In this document: in pieces, positions 1 to 9,723 of the stretch
How the letters are laid out: every line of letters starts with the position of its first letter
Position numbering within the stretch: position 1 is the first letter of the stretch
From: an uncultured bacterium
GTDB lineage: Bacteria; Patescibacteriota; JAHJAL01
Reading direction: 5' to 3'
Assembly: GCA_938004065.1 (NCBI GenBank)
Contig: CALKWM010000013.1
Span: 2,457 to 66,456 of the forward strand
Length of the DNA stretch: 64,000 bases
The notes under the pieces: model-generated
The model's database searches: none
Told to the model about the DNA's origin: nothing
What the model saw: the letters and a program-made list of their open reading frames with translations, nothing else
Translations under genes and position numbers: made by a program

Positions 1-269
1 ATTTTCTGTCCTTGTTTGATTTCCATCCCGCCGACCGGGAAATTTCCCAGTCGGATTTTTGGTCCACAAAGATCTTGGAGTATAGCGACCGGTTTGTTTA
101 GTTTTTTGGCTTCTTGGCGTATGATATGAATGGTTTTGGCAAACCAGGAGTGGGTACCGTGAGAGAAATTTAATCTGGCAACATCCATCCCGTTTTTGAT
201 CATGAGATTGATTTTGGTTTTGGTTTCGGTGGCCGGACCGATAGTGCAGACAGTTTTAGTTCGACGCAT
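1..269 (-). CDS. pyk: Pyruvate kinase, N-terminal part; the gene continues beyond the window start.
   Basis: Reverse-complement translation from the ATG at 269 gives MRRTKTVCTIGPATETKTKINLMIKNGMDVARLNFSHGTHSWFAKTIHIIRQEAKKLNKPVAILQDLCGPKIRLGNF. This matches the canonical pyruvate kinase N-terminus (the K-IVCTIGP and NFSHG motifs). Confidence 0.8.
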   Translation of the reverse strand, partial: MRRTKTVCTIGPATETKTKINLMIKNGMDVARLNFSHGTHSWFAKTIHIIRQEAKKLNKPVAILQDLCGPKIRLGNFPVGGMEIKQGQK

Positions 270-271
270 GG

Positions 272-558
272 TGAGTAAGAAATAAGAAGTAAGAAGTAAG
301 AAGTAAGAAATAAGAAACAAGAAACAAGAAACAAGAAAGTATCAAGGATCAATATCCAATATCCAATATTCAATATTCAATATGCAATAAGCAAGAAAGT
401 ATCAATATTCAATATTCAATATGCAATAAGCAAGAAGCAAGAAACTAGAAGCAAGAAACAAGAAGCAAGAAACAAGAAAGTATCAATATTCAATATTCAA
501 TATGCAATAAGCAAGAAGCAAGAAGCAAGACACAAGACACAAGACACAAGACACAAGA
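272..558. repeat. Heptamer-periodic simple-sequence repeat array, ~290 bp, immediately 5' of pyk.
   Basis: Tandem 7-mers AAGTAAG/AAATAAG x5, CAAGAAA x3 and CAAGACA x4. There is a ~40-bp higher-order unit AGTATCAATATTCAATATTCAATATGCAATAAGCAAGAA x3, also made of 7-mers. Confidence 0.9.
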
Positions 559-731
559 GAAAGTAACATGGATTAATAGGTGGTAAGGGGTCAGTGATGA
601 GGGGAAATGATTTAAGAATTTGTATTAAATATTATATACGCATATTTATAATATCCTAAAAATTGAAGATAAAAAAATCACTCCGTGAAAACGTTTTTCA
701 GGAGTGATTTTAAGCAAAATCGATGAAAAAA

Positions 732-1127
732 CTAGATGTTGATTTTATCAGCGTATTGACCGATCATTGGTAGTTGATTCATTTTGCCGGATAGGGCATT
801 GATGATACCCATGATGACAAAAATAAATAGGGCAATACCGGCAACAAAAATGGCTAAGCCAACCAATAGGCCAACTATCCATCCAATGATAGGAATAAGG
901 GCAACAAAGCCGGTGATGGTGCTGACGACACCTAAAATTACACCACTAATCAATAGCACCAATCCTTGTTTTGCATGAAATTGAGCATAAGGACTGTCTT
1001 TTTTGGCTAGTAATGGTATGAGTACCAGTACTCCAATGTAGCTTAGTACGGCCATCAGTTTGTTTTCGTCAATGTCTTTCTGAGTGGCAGTGGTGGCTTG
1101 TACTTTGGTTTCACTTTTTTCAGCCAT
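732..1127 (-). CDS. DUF4870-family small membrane protein.
   Basis: 131 aa with a hydrophilic N-terminus, then the SYIGVLVLIPLL...FHAKQGLVLL motif typical of DUF4870/Tic20-like proteins, followed by hydrophobic segments. Confidence 0.55.
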   Translation of the reverse strand: MAEKSETKVQATTATQKDIDENKLMAVLSYIGVLVLIPLLAKKDSPYAQFHAKQGLVLLISGVILGVVSTITGFVALIPIIGWIVGLLVGLAIFVAGIALFIFVIMGIINALSGKMNQLPMIGQYADKINI

Positions 1128-1230
1128 TTAAATCTCCTATAAAAATAAATAACAATTATTTTCTACTGTTTTATCGTAGAATAGCACTAGGCAGAGTGTC
1201 AAGCATAAGTATTTTTAGATTGAAAAATGC

Positions 1231-2253
1231 CTATTTTTTTTCCGGCTCTTTGGGGGCAAAATAGTGGTCTTTGACTTTCTTTTCAATTTCTTTGGCAAAT
1301 TTGGGATTGTCTTTTAGATATTGCTTGGCGTTTTCGCGTCCTTGGCCGATTTTGTCTTTGCCATAATTGTACCAGGCACCACTTTTTTCGATGATGTTCA
1401 AATTAACCGCGTTGTCCAATAGATCACCTTCATAGGAAATACCTTTGCCGTGAATCATGTCAAAATGTATGACTTTGAAAGGGGGGGCAACTTTGTTTTT
1501 GACAACTTTGACTTGGGTTTGGTTGCCGATGATTTCTTCGCCTTCTTTGATATTGGTTTGACGACGAACGTCAAGTCGGATAGATGAGTAAAATTTGAGG
1601 GCGTTACCACCGGTGGTTGTTTCGGGATTGCCGAACATAACACCGATTTTCATACGTATTTGGTTAATGAAAATTAGAATGGTGTTTGATCGGCTGATAG
1701 CACCGGTAAGTTTACGCAGAGCTTGAGACATAAGCCGGGCTTGCAGTCCCATGTGACTGTCGCCCATATCGCCTTCGATTTCGGCTTTGGGAACGAGGGC
1801 GGCAACGGAATCAACTACAATGACATCAACAGCGTTGGATCTGACCAAGGTTTCGGCAATTTCCAGAGCTTGTTCGCCGGTATCAGGTTGGGAAATGAGT
1901 AAATCATCGAGTTTGACGCCGATAGCTTTGGCGTAAACCGGATCCATGGCATGTTCAGCGTCAATAAATGCCACTAAGCCACCTTTTTTCTGGGCTTCGC
2001 TGGCGATATGGAGGGCTAGAGTGGTTTTACCGCTTGATTCCGGGCCAAATATTTCGATGATACGTCCACGAGGGATGCCGCCTACACCAAGAGCAATGTC
2101 CAGGGAAATTGATCCGGTGGGTATAACATCGACATTGACTAGTTTTTTTTGTCCCAGAGCCATGATCGATCCTTTGCCGAATTGTTTTTCAATTTGAGCA
2201 ACAGCTAAGTCCAGGGCTTGTTTTTTTTGTTTTTGTTCCTCGGTTTTTTGCAT
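1231..2253 (-). CDS. recA: Recombinase RecA.
   Basis: 340 aa containing [19 protein letters not shown], the Walker [13 protein letters not shown], and the L2 loop region. Full-length RecA. Confidence 0.95.
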   Translation of the reverse strand: MQKTEEQKQKKQALDLAVAQIEKQFGKGSIMALGQKKLVNVDVIPTGSISLDIALGVGGIPRGRIIEIFGPESSGKTTLALHIASEAQKKGGLVAFIDAEHAMDPVYAKAIGVKLDDLLISQPDTGEQALEIAETLVRSNAVDVIVVDSVAALVPKAEIEGDMGDSHMGLQARLMSQALRKLTGAISRSNTILIFINQIRMKIGVMFGNPETTTGGNALKFYSSIRLDVRRQTNIKEGEEIIGNQTQVKVVKNKVAPPFKVIHFDMIHGKGISYEGDLLDNAVNLNIIEKSGAWYNYGKDKIGQGRENAKQYLKDNPKFAKEIEKKVKDHYFAPKEPEKK

Positions 2254-2615
2254 AGCACTTTTGTTAATTTTTAAAACAAATTTATTATAGCATATCGGGA
2301 ATTAATAAATAATTAAGTGTAAAAAAATAATGCTTATATATCACATGGAGATTTCTTTAAACTTTTTTTGGCAGCAAAAAAAGTAACAAAAAAACTGCCG
2401 AGGGTAATAATTGCGGGTATCAGATATTAAATGTAGTTTAGCGCTGAAGGGCCGCAAGTATTACCCCCGGACCCTCTTGTTGCAACGAGATGCGTAGAAA
2501 GAAAAAATTACAAAAAAATATTATATTTATTGATAAAATTATAAGTTAATTTTGATTATGAAAAAAGCGAAATATGGATATTGCGCTTTTTTAAAAATGA
2601 TTATTTTCATAATAA

Positions 2616-3575
2616 TTATATATTTTTGGTGGTGGGTTGGTTGGAGATTTGCAGATCTTCAATAATTTGGTCGTCTTCTCCAAGTGTTCCCAAATCTTGA
2701 TCGTTGATTTCAATAATAGTGGCGCCGGCATCAGATGTGCTAATGAAAATATTGCCGGATTCGGTAAAAGAGTGATTGGTACCGGCGGTAATGGTTCCAT
2801 CGAAGATACTTTCCGAAGAGGAATTTTTGATTCTGACCCAGATGTCTTTTTTGGATGCTTGGATGGTTAGATTCAATTGGCTATTGTCGGAATATGATTC
2901 GTCGATATTGGCCACAACTACTTTGGTGGAGGTGGTAGTTTTTCCGATTTTATTTTTGGCGGTAACTTTGATGATGTTGTAACCGTTTTTAAGCTGAATC
3001 GGAGTTTGAAAGTTGCCATTTTTGTCGGTTGTAAGTGGTTGATTGTTTACGTAGAGGACGTTATCAGGATTGGTTTGGCCGACGATATTGACTTTGTTGA
3101 CAGCAACTACCGTATAGTCGGCCGGTTCGGAGATATTTAGTTGGGGGGTTTGGATGAAATAGTTGATTTGAAAATAGGCGTATAGCCCAATGATGGCAAA
3201 TATTGTTAGCGAGGTAAAAATAGTTACAGTGCGGGGAGTAATAATAAGTTGTTGCCAAAACGATCTCTCGTTTTGGAGTTTGATATGGGAATTGTTTTGG
3301 AGAGTCTTGGTTTCGATTTCAAAACGATTTTTGATTTTTGCCAGATCAAGTTCGAGAAATTTGGCATAGTTTAGAACAAAATTCTTGGCATAATTTAAAC
3401 TGGGTAATTTCTCCCACTCATTGTTTTCAATAGCCACAATATATGACTTGCGAATGTTGGTGTATTGTTCGATATGATGAAGTTTAAGCTTGTGTTTAAG
3501 CCGTGTATTTTTGAGTATGCTACCGAGGGAGTTTTTGCCTCCGGTGAGTTTTTTGGTAGAAAAGATTATTGGCAA
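2616..3575 (-). CDS. RodZ-like cytoskeleton-associated membrane protein.
   Basis: N-terminal HTH-XRE (LGSILKNTRL...YAKNFVLNYAKFLELD), one TM segment, then an extracellular Ig-like/DUF4115-like C-terminus. Confidence 0.5.
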   Translation of the reverse strand: MPIIFSTKKLTGGKNSLGSILKNTRLKHKLKLHHIEQYTNIRKSYIVAIENNEWEKLPSLNYAKNFVLNYAKFLELDLAKIKNRFEIETKTLQNNSHIKLQNERSFWQQLIITPRTVTIFTSLTIFAIIGLYAYFQINYFIQTPQLNISEPADYTVVAVNKVNIVGQTNPDNVLYVNNQPLTTDKNGNFQTPIQLKNGYNIIKVTAKNKIGKTTTSTKVVVANIDESYSDNSQLNLTIQASKKDIWVRIKNSSSESIFDGTITAGTNHSFTESGNIFISTSDAGATIIEINDQDLGTLGEDDQIIEDLQISNQPTTKNI

Positions 3576-3643
3576 AGGGTAGAAATTAAGAGATTGATAT
3601 TTATAATTTTGTAACTTATGAAATTGGAATTTGAAACTTGAAT

Positions 3644-5827
3644 TTATAATTCCTCAAGGGATTTGATGAGGACGGTGCGGGGTTTGTTGCCTTCTTGGGG
3701 GCTGATTACGTTTTTTTGTTCGAGAATATCAATCAATCTGGCGGCGCGAGCATAGCCGATTTTGAGTTTGCGTTGCAGAAATGAAGCCGATGCTTGTTGA
3801 GAAGAAATGACAAGTTCCAGTACGTCTCCGATCAAGTTATCGTCAACATCGGCAAAAATTTCTTTGGCATTTTTGTTTTCGATGTTGGTGGCTTGGGAGG
3901 TGATGTCAGAAAAGTATTCAGGTTCGGGTCCTTCGTTTTTCCAGAATTGAGTGATAGCTTCGATTTCCGGATCGGATACAAATACACCTTGAATACGTCG
4001 GGGTTTGCCGGTTTCGCGGGAGATATAGAGCATATCACCTTTGCCAAGTAATTTTTCGGCGCCGGCCATGTCCAAAATAGTGCGAGAGTCTATCTGGGAG
4101 GCGACGGCAAAGGCAATGCGGGTTGCGATATTGGCTTTGATTAGACCGGTGATGACATCGACAGATGGTCTTTGAGTGGCAACTACGAGATGAATGCCGG
4201 TTGCACGAGCCATTTGGGCTAGACGACAGATGGCGGTTTCAATATCGTTGCCGGCAGTCATCATTAGATCGGCCAATTCGTCGATTACGACGATAATATA
4301 TGGTAATTTTTTGGTGGGATTTTTAGAATTGTAACCGGTGATATTGCGAGCTTTGGCCTCGGATAAGATTTGGTAGCGATCATTCATCTCGGTTAGAGCC
4401 CATTTGAGTGCGTTGAGAGCTTTTTGCGGTTCGGTTACGACGGGTGTTAGAAGATGCGGTAGTTTATTGTATGACGAAAGTTCAACTTTTTTGGGATCGA
4501 TAAGGATGAATTTGATTTGTTCAGGTTTGAAATTGGTAAGTAGGGTGGTTAAGAAAGTATTAATGAAGACACTTTTTCCGGAACCGGTTGAACCGGCAAT
4601 CAGTAGATGAGGCATTTTGGTTAGATCATCGATGGTGGGAGTGCCGGAAATGTCTCGGCCCAGTGGGACGGGGATAAAAAACTTTTGTTCGGTAAAAATG
4701 GGTGATTCCAGAATTGGTTTAAGTCGTACCGGGGCGGCTTTTTTGTTGGGGATTTCAATTCCGACCAGAGATTTTCCGGGAATCGGTGCTTCAACTCTGA
4801 TGGGATGAGCGGCCAATCTTAGGGCCAGATCATTTTGCAAACTGGTGATTTTGGAAAGTTTGACGCCGGTGGCCGGTTTGAAAGTGTATTGAGTAACGGT
4901 GGGACCGATATTGACGTCTTTCATTTCGACATCGATACCAAATTCGGAAAGAGTATTTTCGATAGTTTTGACGTTGAGATCGATGTTCCCGCTTTGAATT
5001 TTCATGGTTGATTCTTCCAGAAGAGAAAGTGGGGGTAGTTGCCAGTCGATATTGATTTCTTCCGTTGTATTATCGATGGTTGGTTTTTCTTCTTCGGTTT
5101 GGATTTTGGTGGTAGTGATATTTTTGAGTTTAGATAATTTGTGAATTATATTGTCTGTTTTAACATCAGTTTCAGATTGATTGCTGTCTTGGGTTTGATC
5201 CAAATTGTCCAGTTCGTTTTTATAACTGTTGATGTTAACATCTTTGGGATAGTTTTTGATGGCAACGTATTTTTTGGTTAACAATCGATTACGAATAGTG
5301 GCAATGAAGTTGATGATGGAGGTATTGAAAAAAAGGAGAAAAGATATAATCAAGAGAGTGATTAGGAACAGAAAGGTACCTTGAAAGCCGATGACTTTTT
5401 GACAGACGATAACCAGTCCGTGTCCGATATAACCACCGGCAGAGATATTGTTTGAGTTGGGATTGAAAAATAAATCCGAAACTCCCGGAAGAGTTATTAG
5501 CAGTAGAACAATGCTGAATGACTGTCTGGTTTGTATATTGATTTTTTCAGGAATAATGGCGTTAAGGGCGTAGTAGATGAGAATAAAAGGAATAATAAAT
5601 GCGGAGAAACCAAAGGAGATAGTCAGAAGAGTTTTAATGATAGTACCGGCCGGTCCCAACCAACCAACCATGGCCAATAGCAAAAAAAGAGCAATCAGAC
5701 CGATGATAAAGGCGGCAATTTCTCGACTGGTATCGGGATTTAGATCTAGTTCAACTTTGAAATTATCAAATTTGATAGAACGTTTCTTTTTGCTTTTGGA
5801 TTTTTTATTTGTTCTCCTTTTGGGCAT
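3644..5827 (-). CDS. ftsK: DNA translocase FtsK/SpoIIIE.
   Basis: N-terminal polytopic membrane region and a linker. The motor has Walker A AGSTGSGKS and Walker B VVIDELADLMM. The C-terminal gamma winged-helix is SFLQRKLKIGYARAARLIDILE. Confidence 0.9.
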   Translation of the reverse strand: MPKRRTNKKSKSKKKRSIKFDNFKVELDLNPDTSREIAAFIIGLIALFLLLAMVGWLGPAGTIIKTLLTISFGFSAFIIPFILIYYALNAIIPEKINIQTRQSFSIVLLLITLPGVSDLFFNPNSNNISAGGYIGHGLVIVCQKVIGFQGTFLFLITLLIISFLLFFNTSIINFIATIRNRLLTKKYVAIKNYPKDVNINSYKNELDNLDQTQDSNQSETDVKTDNIIHKLSKLKNITTTKIQTEEEKPTIDNTTEEINIDWQLPPLSLLEESTMKIQSGNIDLNVKTIENTLSEFGIDVEMKDVNIGPTVTQYTFKPATGVKLSKITSLQNDLALRLAAHPIRVEAPIPGKSLVGIEIPNKKAAPVRLKPILESPIFTEQKFFIPVPLGRDISGTPTIDDLTKMPHLLIAGSTGSGKSVFINTFLTTLLTNFKPEQIKFILIDPKKVELSSYNKLPHLLTPVVTEPQKALNALKWALTEMNDRYQILSEAKARNITGYNSKNPTKKLPYIIVVIDELADLMMTAGNDIETAICRLAQMARATGIHLVVATQRPSVDVITGLIKANIATRIAFAVASQIDSRTILDMAGAEKLLGKGDMLYISRETGKPRRIQGVFVSDPEIEAITQFWKNEGPEPEYFSDITSQATNIENKNAKEIFADVDDNLIGDVLELVISSQQASASFLQRKLKIGYARAARLIDILEQKNVISPQEGNKPRTVLIKSLEEL

Positions 5828-5940
5828 ATATTGTGTTAAAAAGGGTTATTTTATACCATTATTTATTATAGCAATAAACAATGATTAAAGACTAAATTTT
5901 TTTAGATAATTTATTTTAAGGAGGTTTTATCGGTTTATTT

Positions 5941-7848
5941 TTATACTTCGATAATGGCGGGCATGATCATCGGGCGACGCTGGGTTTCATTGAAAATAAA
6001 CTCACCGATTTCGTCTCGTATGCGGTTTTTGATTGTGGAAAGATCTATTTGGGTTTTTTCGTGGCGATGATTGATAATGTCGAGGATTTTGATTTTGATT
6101 TTTTTCATCAGTGGATCGGCTTCTTTCATATATACAAAACCGCGGGAAATGATGTACAGATCATCGTCATTGGTTTTGATGTTATCTTTTTTTACAATGG
6201 CGATAATTGTCATCATACCATCGACAGATAGCTGTTGACGATCGCGAATGACAACATTGCCGACGTCGCCGACGCCCAATCCATCGACAAAAACCAAACC
6301 GGAGGTTACTTTTTTGTTGGCATTTATTAATTGATAGTTGCCAAATTCAGCGATTTGACCGTTGTCCAACAAGATATTATTATCTTCCGGAATACCCAAG
6401 TCGATTCCGATTTGCATCAAATTGTGGCGCATACTGAGTGATCCATGGATGGGTAAGAGATATTTGGGACGAATGAGGGCGATCATGGTTTTTAAATCTT
6501 CGGCTGAGCCATGGCCGGAGGCGTGTATGTCCATTGATTTGTCGTCAATAACTTTGGCGCCTTGGCGGATGATGTTGTCGATCATATTGGTAATCGGATT
6601 TTCGTTGCCGGGAATGGGAGAGGAAGAAAGAATAACTGTATCGGTTTTTTTGAGTTTAACACGATTGTGATCGCCGGTGGCCATACGACCAACGGCGGAA
6701 TTTTCTTGTCCTTGACTGCCGGTGGCGATAATGACCAGATTTTTATCAGGAGTTTTATTGATATCTCGGGGGTCAATAAGTACATTTGGTGGTAGTTTAA
6801 AATATTTTAGTTGAGTGGCTATTTCGACATTTTGGAGCATTGAGCGTCCCAAAAAAGTAACTTTGCGATGGTGTTTATAGGCGGCGTTGATGATTTGTTG
6901 GATACGACTAAGGAGGGTGGAAAATGTGGCAATAATTATACGGCCATCACATTTGGTAAATGCGATATCGAGGTTTTCGCCGATTTCTTTTTCAGATATG
7001 GTGTGACCTTTTTGGCCGGCGTTGGTGCTTTCAGAAAGCAATACGGTTACTTTGTTGCTACCGATGGCGGCGATACGTTGCAGATTTGCCGGCTTGTCAG
7101 TAGCGGGAGTAAAATCAAATTTGTAATCTCCTGTATGAACGATTGTTCCTTGGGGAGAGTGGATAACGATGCCGATGGCATCGGGGATGTTGTGATTGAC
7201 GCGGAAAAATTCGATATTGAAGCTTCCGAGTTTGATTTTGTCTATTTCAGGATTGATAGTTTTGAGGGTAGCGGTGATATCAGGAAATTCGGTTAGTCGT
7301 TGTTTGATGAGATTGATAGTTAGTTGTGAACCGAAAATTGGTGGATAACCAATTTGATTGATTAGATATGGGATACCACCGGTGTGATCCAGATGTCCGT
7401 GGGTGATAAAAAGTCCCCGCAATTTGGAACGATTTTTTTTGATGTAATCCAAATCCGGTAAAACAAAATCAACTCCAAGCATATCTTTATCAGGAAATTG
7501 GAATCCAAGATCAATTAAGATTATGTCATTGTCGTATTCAATAGCGGTGCAATTTTTTCCAACTTCTTCAAAACCGCCGAGGGCAATTATTTTTAAAGTT
7601 TTGCCTTTGTAGTTTGTCTTGGGAGTGGTTGGTTTTTTTGAGTAGGTTTGCTTGATAGGTGATTTTCGGGTAGAGAATGGCTTTTTTTGATTGGTTGAGT
7701 GGTGGTGTTGTTTGTGTTTTTTCAGTTTTTCGATGAGTTTTTTTTCTGTTTCCATTTGTTTTTTGGATTTTTCATCGTGGGTTTTTTTGATTTTATTGAT
7801 AGTGCTTACGATTTTTTTGCGTGTAAATTGTGATTTGATGTTGTCCAT
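5941..7848 (-). CDS. rnj: Ribonuclease J (metallo-beta-lactamase / beta-CASP) with an ~80-aa lysine-rich N-terminal extension.
   Basis: HGHLDHTGGIPYL motif, beta-CASP and C-terminal domains. The N-terminus is a K/H-rich low-complexity stretch. Confidence 0.9.
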   Translation of the reverse strand: MDNIKSQFTRKKIVSTINKIKKTHDEKSKKQMETEKKLIEKLKKHKQHHHSTNQKKPFSTRKSPIKQTYSKKPTTPKTNYKGKTLKIIALGGFEEVGKNCTAIEYDNDIILIDLGFQFPDKDMLGVDFVLPDLDYIKKNRSKLRGLFITHGHLDHTGGIPYLINQIGYPPIFGSQLTINLIKQRLTEFPDITATLKTINPEIDKIKLGSFNIEFFRVNHNIPDAIGIVIHSPQGTIVHTGDYKFDFTPATDKPANLQRIAAIGSNKVTVLLSESTNAGQKGHTISEKEIGENLDIAFTKCDGRIIIATFSTLLSRIQQIINAAYKHHRKVTFLGRSMLQNVEIATQLKYFKLPPNVLIDPRDINKTPDKNLVIIATGSQGQENSAVGRMATGDHNRVKLKKTDTVILSSSPIPGNENPITNMIDNIIRQGAKVIDDKSMDIHASGHGSAEDLKTMIALIRPKYLLPIHGSLSMRHNLMQIGIDLGIPEDNNILLDNGQIAEFGNYQLINANKKVTSGLVFVDGLGVGDVGNVVIRDRQQLSVDGMMTIIAIVKKDNIKTNDDDLYIISRGFVYMKEADPLMKKIKIKILDIINHRHEKTQIDLSTIKNRIRDEIGEFIFNETQRRPMIMPAIIEV

Positions 7849-7871
7849 GAGATTGGATTAATAAGTAATAA

Positions 7872-7909
7872 GTATGCGCCCAAGGCGCACCAGATGACTG
7901 GAAAAGTAA
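7872..7909 (+). promoter_or_regulatory. Conserved 38-bp double-dyad element, copy 1 (GTATGCGCCCAAGGCGCACCAGATGACTGGAAAAGTAA); on the coding (minus) strand it ends 23 nt upstream of the rnj ATG.
   Basis: Exact 38-mer shared with copies at 37494 and 53515/53556. It contains the dyads TGCGCC-CAA-GGCGCA and CCAG-ATGA-CTGG. Confidence 0.6.
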
Positions 7910-7985
7910 TAAGTAAGAATTGTTAAATGGTCGGATAAAAAATTGTCATATTGCAATATCAAAATATTGTGAAGTCGAATATGAT

Positions 7986-8555
7986 TTATGGTTTTTGTTC
8001 TTGTTTGATTTTTTCTATTATTAATGGAATTTTTTTGAAGTCTGATTCGATAGCGTTACGATTGGCGGGATTGTAGAGTCCGGCCGCCGGGTGATAGAGC
8101 GGTAGGAAAACCTGTCCCTGAAATCTTTTAGGTTGGCCATGGTCGCGGGAAATTTTGAGGTCGGGGAGAAAAAAGTTCATGGCGTGTCGCCCCAAAGTAC
8201 AAATGATGATAGGTTTGATAATATCGATTTGAGCTTTAAGATAGGGAGAACAAGTGTTTATCTCGATTGGAAATGGATCACGGTTTCCGGGTGGTCGGCA
8301 TTTAACGATGTTGGTTATGAAGATATCTTCGCGGTTTAAGTTGATTGAAGACAAAAGTTGATCGAGGTATTTACCGGCGGCGCCGACAAATGGTTTGCCT
8401 TGCAGATCCTCATTTTTTCCCGGTCCTTCACCGATAAACATTATTTCCGCCCGGGGGTTGCCGGCGCCGGGAACGGTAAAGGTGCGGGTTTTAAATAAGT
8501 TGCAATTTTGACAGTTAGAAACGGCTTGGGTAATTTTGGTTAACTTAGTATTCAT
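7986..8555 (-). CDS. Uracil-DNA glycosylase, family 4.
   Basis: [23 protein letters not shown] and [15 protein letters not shown] motifs, plus an N-terminal Cys cluster (CQNCNL). Confidence 0.8.
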   Translation of the reverse strand: MNTKLTKITQAVSNCQNCNLFKTRTFTVPGAGNPRAEIMFIGEGPGKNEDLQGKPFVGAAGKYLDQLLSSINLNREDIFITNIVKCRPPGNRDPFPIEINTCSPYLKAQIDIIKPIIICTLGRHAMNFFLPDLKISRDHGQPKRFQGQVFLPLYHPAAGLYNPANRNAIESDFKKIPLIIEKIKQEQKP

Positions 8556-9720
8556 TGTGGAAATTTACATAACCGGATATTTGGTCACCAACAATCTGAT
8601 ATTGAATGGTCTGATAGGATTGAAAAAGATTTTTGGTGGAGGGAAACAGCTCGATTAACGATGAGATGGGGATGATGTTGATGGGCTCATTGGCGGAATC
8701 TTTCTCATTGGAAAATAAAATATCTTGATTTTCGAGCCAAATGGTAATAGTTTCTGATTGTTGATTGGAATAGGAAATACCGTTTTCAAATGTAGTAACT
8801 TCCAATTTGGAAGCAGGGTCGGGTAAAAATAATTTGCTTGTGGTGTCGTCCGGTAAAGTAACTGTTTGAAGCGAATATGGAGACTCAATTTTAAGGGAAG
8901 AAGTTATTTCGGAAAATACTTGATTGGCTGTATTTGGATCATAATAGTTGAAACGTAGATTTTCCAAGTAATCGATAGTGATAAAATTGATTATTTCAGG
9001 TGAAAAGTTTTCCAAAGAGAGATAGGAAATGTTTAATTTTTGGTCAATGATTTTAGAAATGGCATTTTTGTCGATAGGGTTTTGTTTCGAATATTGAAAA
9101 ACAAAATTGGTATTTTCAGAGTCTGATGATTTGAAAAGGGTTTTAGAGTTTATGTATATATTGTTGTCTTGCCAAATCAGATGAATGGGGAGGTGGTGAA
9201 GAAGTTGAGAGATGTTTAAACCGGTGATTGTGGTTGGTTGGAATTCGGGTAAATTCAGGTTGTAGATATTGAGGAATGAGTCAGTTGGAGGAGTAATCGG
9301 TTCGGGGAGATCATAAGTAGTGGAAAAGGAAAGATAGTTGCCAATAGTTTGCACGTGATAATTTCCCAAATTTTCCGATATTGACTTATCAAATTTTTTG
9401 ATAGTTGGGATAAAAATACTGTAATCTGATTTTTGATTTGGTTTTTGACGAATAAAGAAATGATATTCACAACCCAGATGGAGAGAATTGGTTTTGATAT
9501 AGTCCGCAACGAGAGAAGATTCGGGAAAAAAGTAAAGAATTTTTTCGTTGATTTGGTTGGCGTCGATGTATGAGGGATTGTAGTTGCAATTGGTAGAAAT
9601 GTAGGTTTCCAGTGGATTTGTAGCAATTGATTGATTTTTTGGGTAGTATTCAGATGCCGGTTTGGTACAACCGGAAAAAAAGATGGAGAGGAGAAGGATG
9701 CTAATTGTTTTGAATCGCAT
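8545..9720 (-). CDS. Hypothetical lipoprotein.
   Basis: Signal peptide with a lipobox (LLSIFFSGC). No recognisable domain. Overlaps the UDG start by 11 nt and begins 3 nt after the pnp stop. Confidence 0.5.
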   Translation of the reverse strand: MRFKTISILLLSIFFSGCTKPASEYYPKNQSIATNPLETYISTNCNYNPSYIDANQINEKILYFFPESSLVADYIKTNSLHLGCEYHFFIRQKPNQKSDYSIFIPTIKKFDKSISENLGNYHVQTIGNYLSFSTTYDLPEPITPPTDSFLNIYNLNLPEFQPTTITGLNISQLLHHLPIHLIWQDNNIYINSKTLFKSSDSENTNFVFQYSKQNPIDKNAISKIIDQKLNISYLSLENFSPEIINFITIDYLENLRFNYYDPNTANQVFSEITSSLKIESPYSLQTVTLPDDTTSKLFLPDPASKLEVTTFENGISYSNQQSETITIWLENQDILFSNEKDSANEPINIIPISSLIELFPSTKNLFQSYQTIQYQIVGDQISGYVNFHNEY

Positions 9721-9723
9721 ACT

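Noticed and set aside
272-558. Possibility that the repeat arrays are CRISPR arrays.
   Set aside because: The units are 7 nt with no unique spacers and no 24-47-nt direct repeats. No cas genes are present.
2616-3575. Calling the RodZ-like gene as a generic XRE-family transcription factor.
   Set aside because: The HTH is followed by a TM segment and a ~200-aa extracellular Ig-like region. This RodZ-type architecture is not that of a soluble repressor.
7872-7909. Reading the 38-bp dyad element as a rho-independent terminator.
   Set aside because: No T-tract follows it on either strand. It lies upstream (5') of genes in a fixed orientation rather than downstream of convergent ends.
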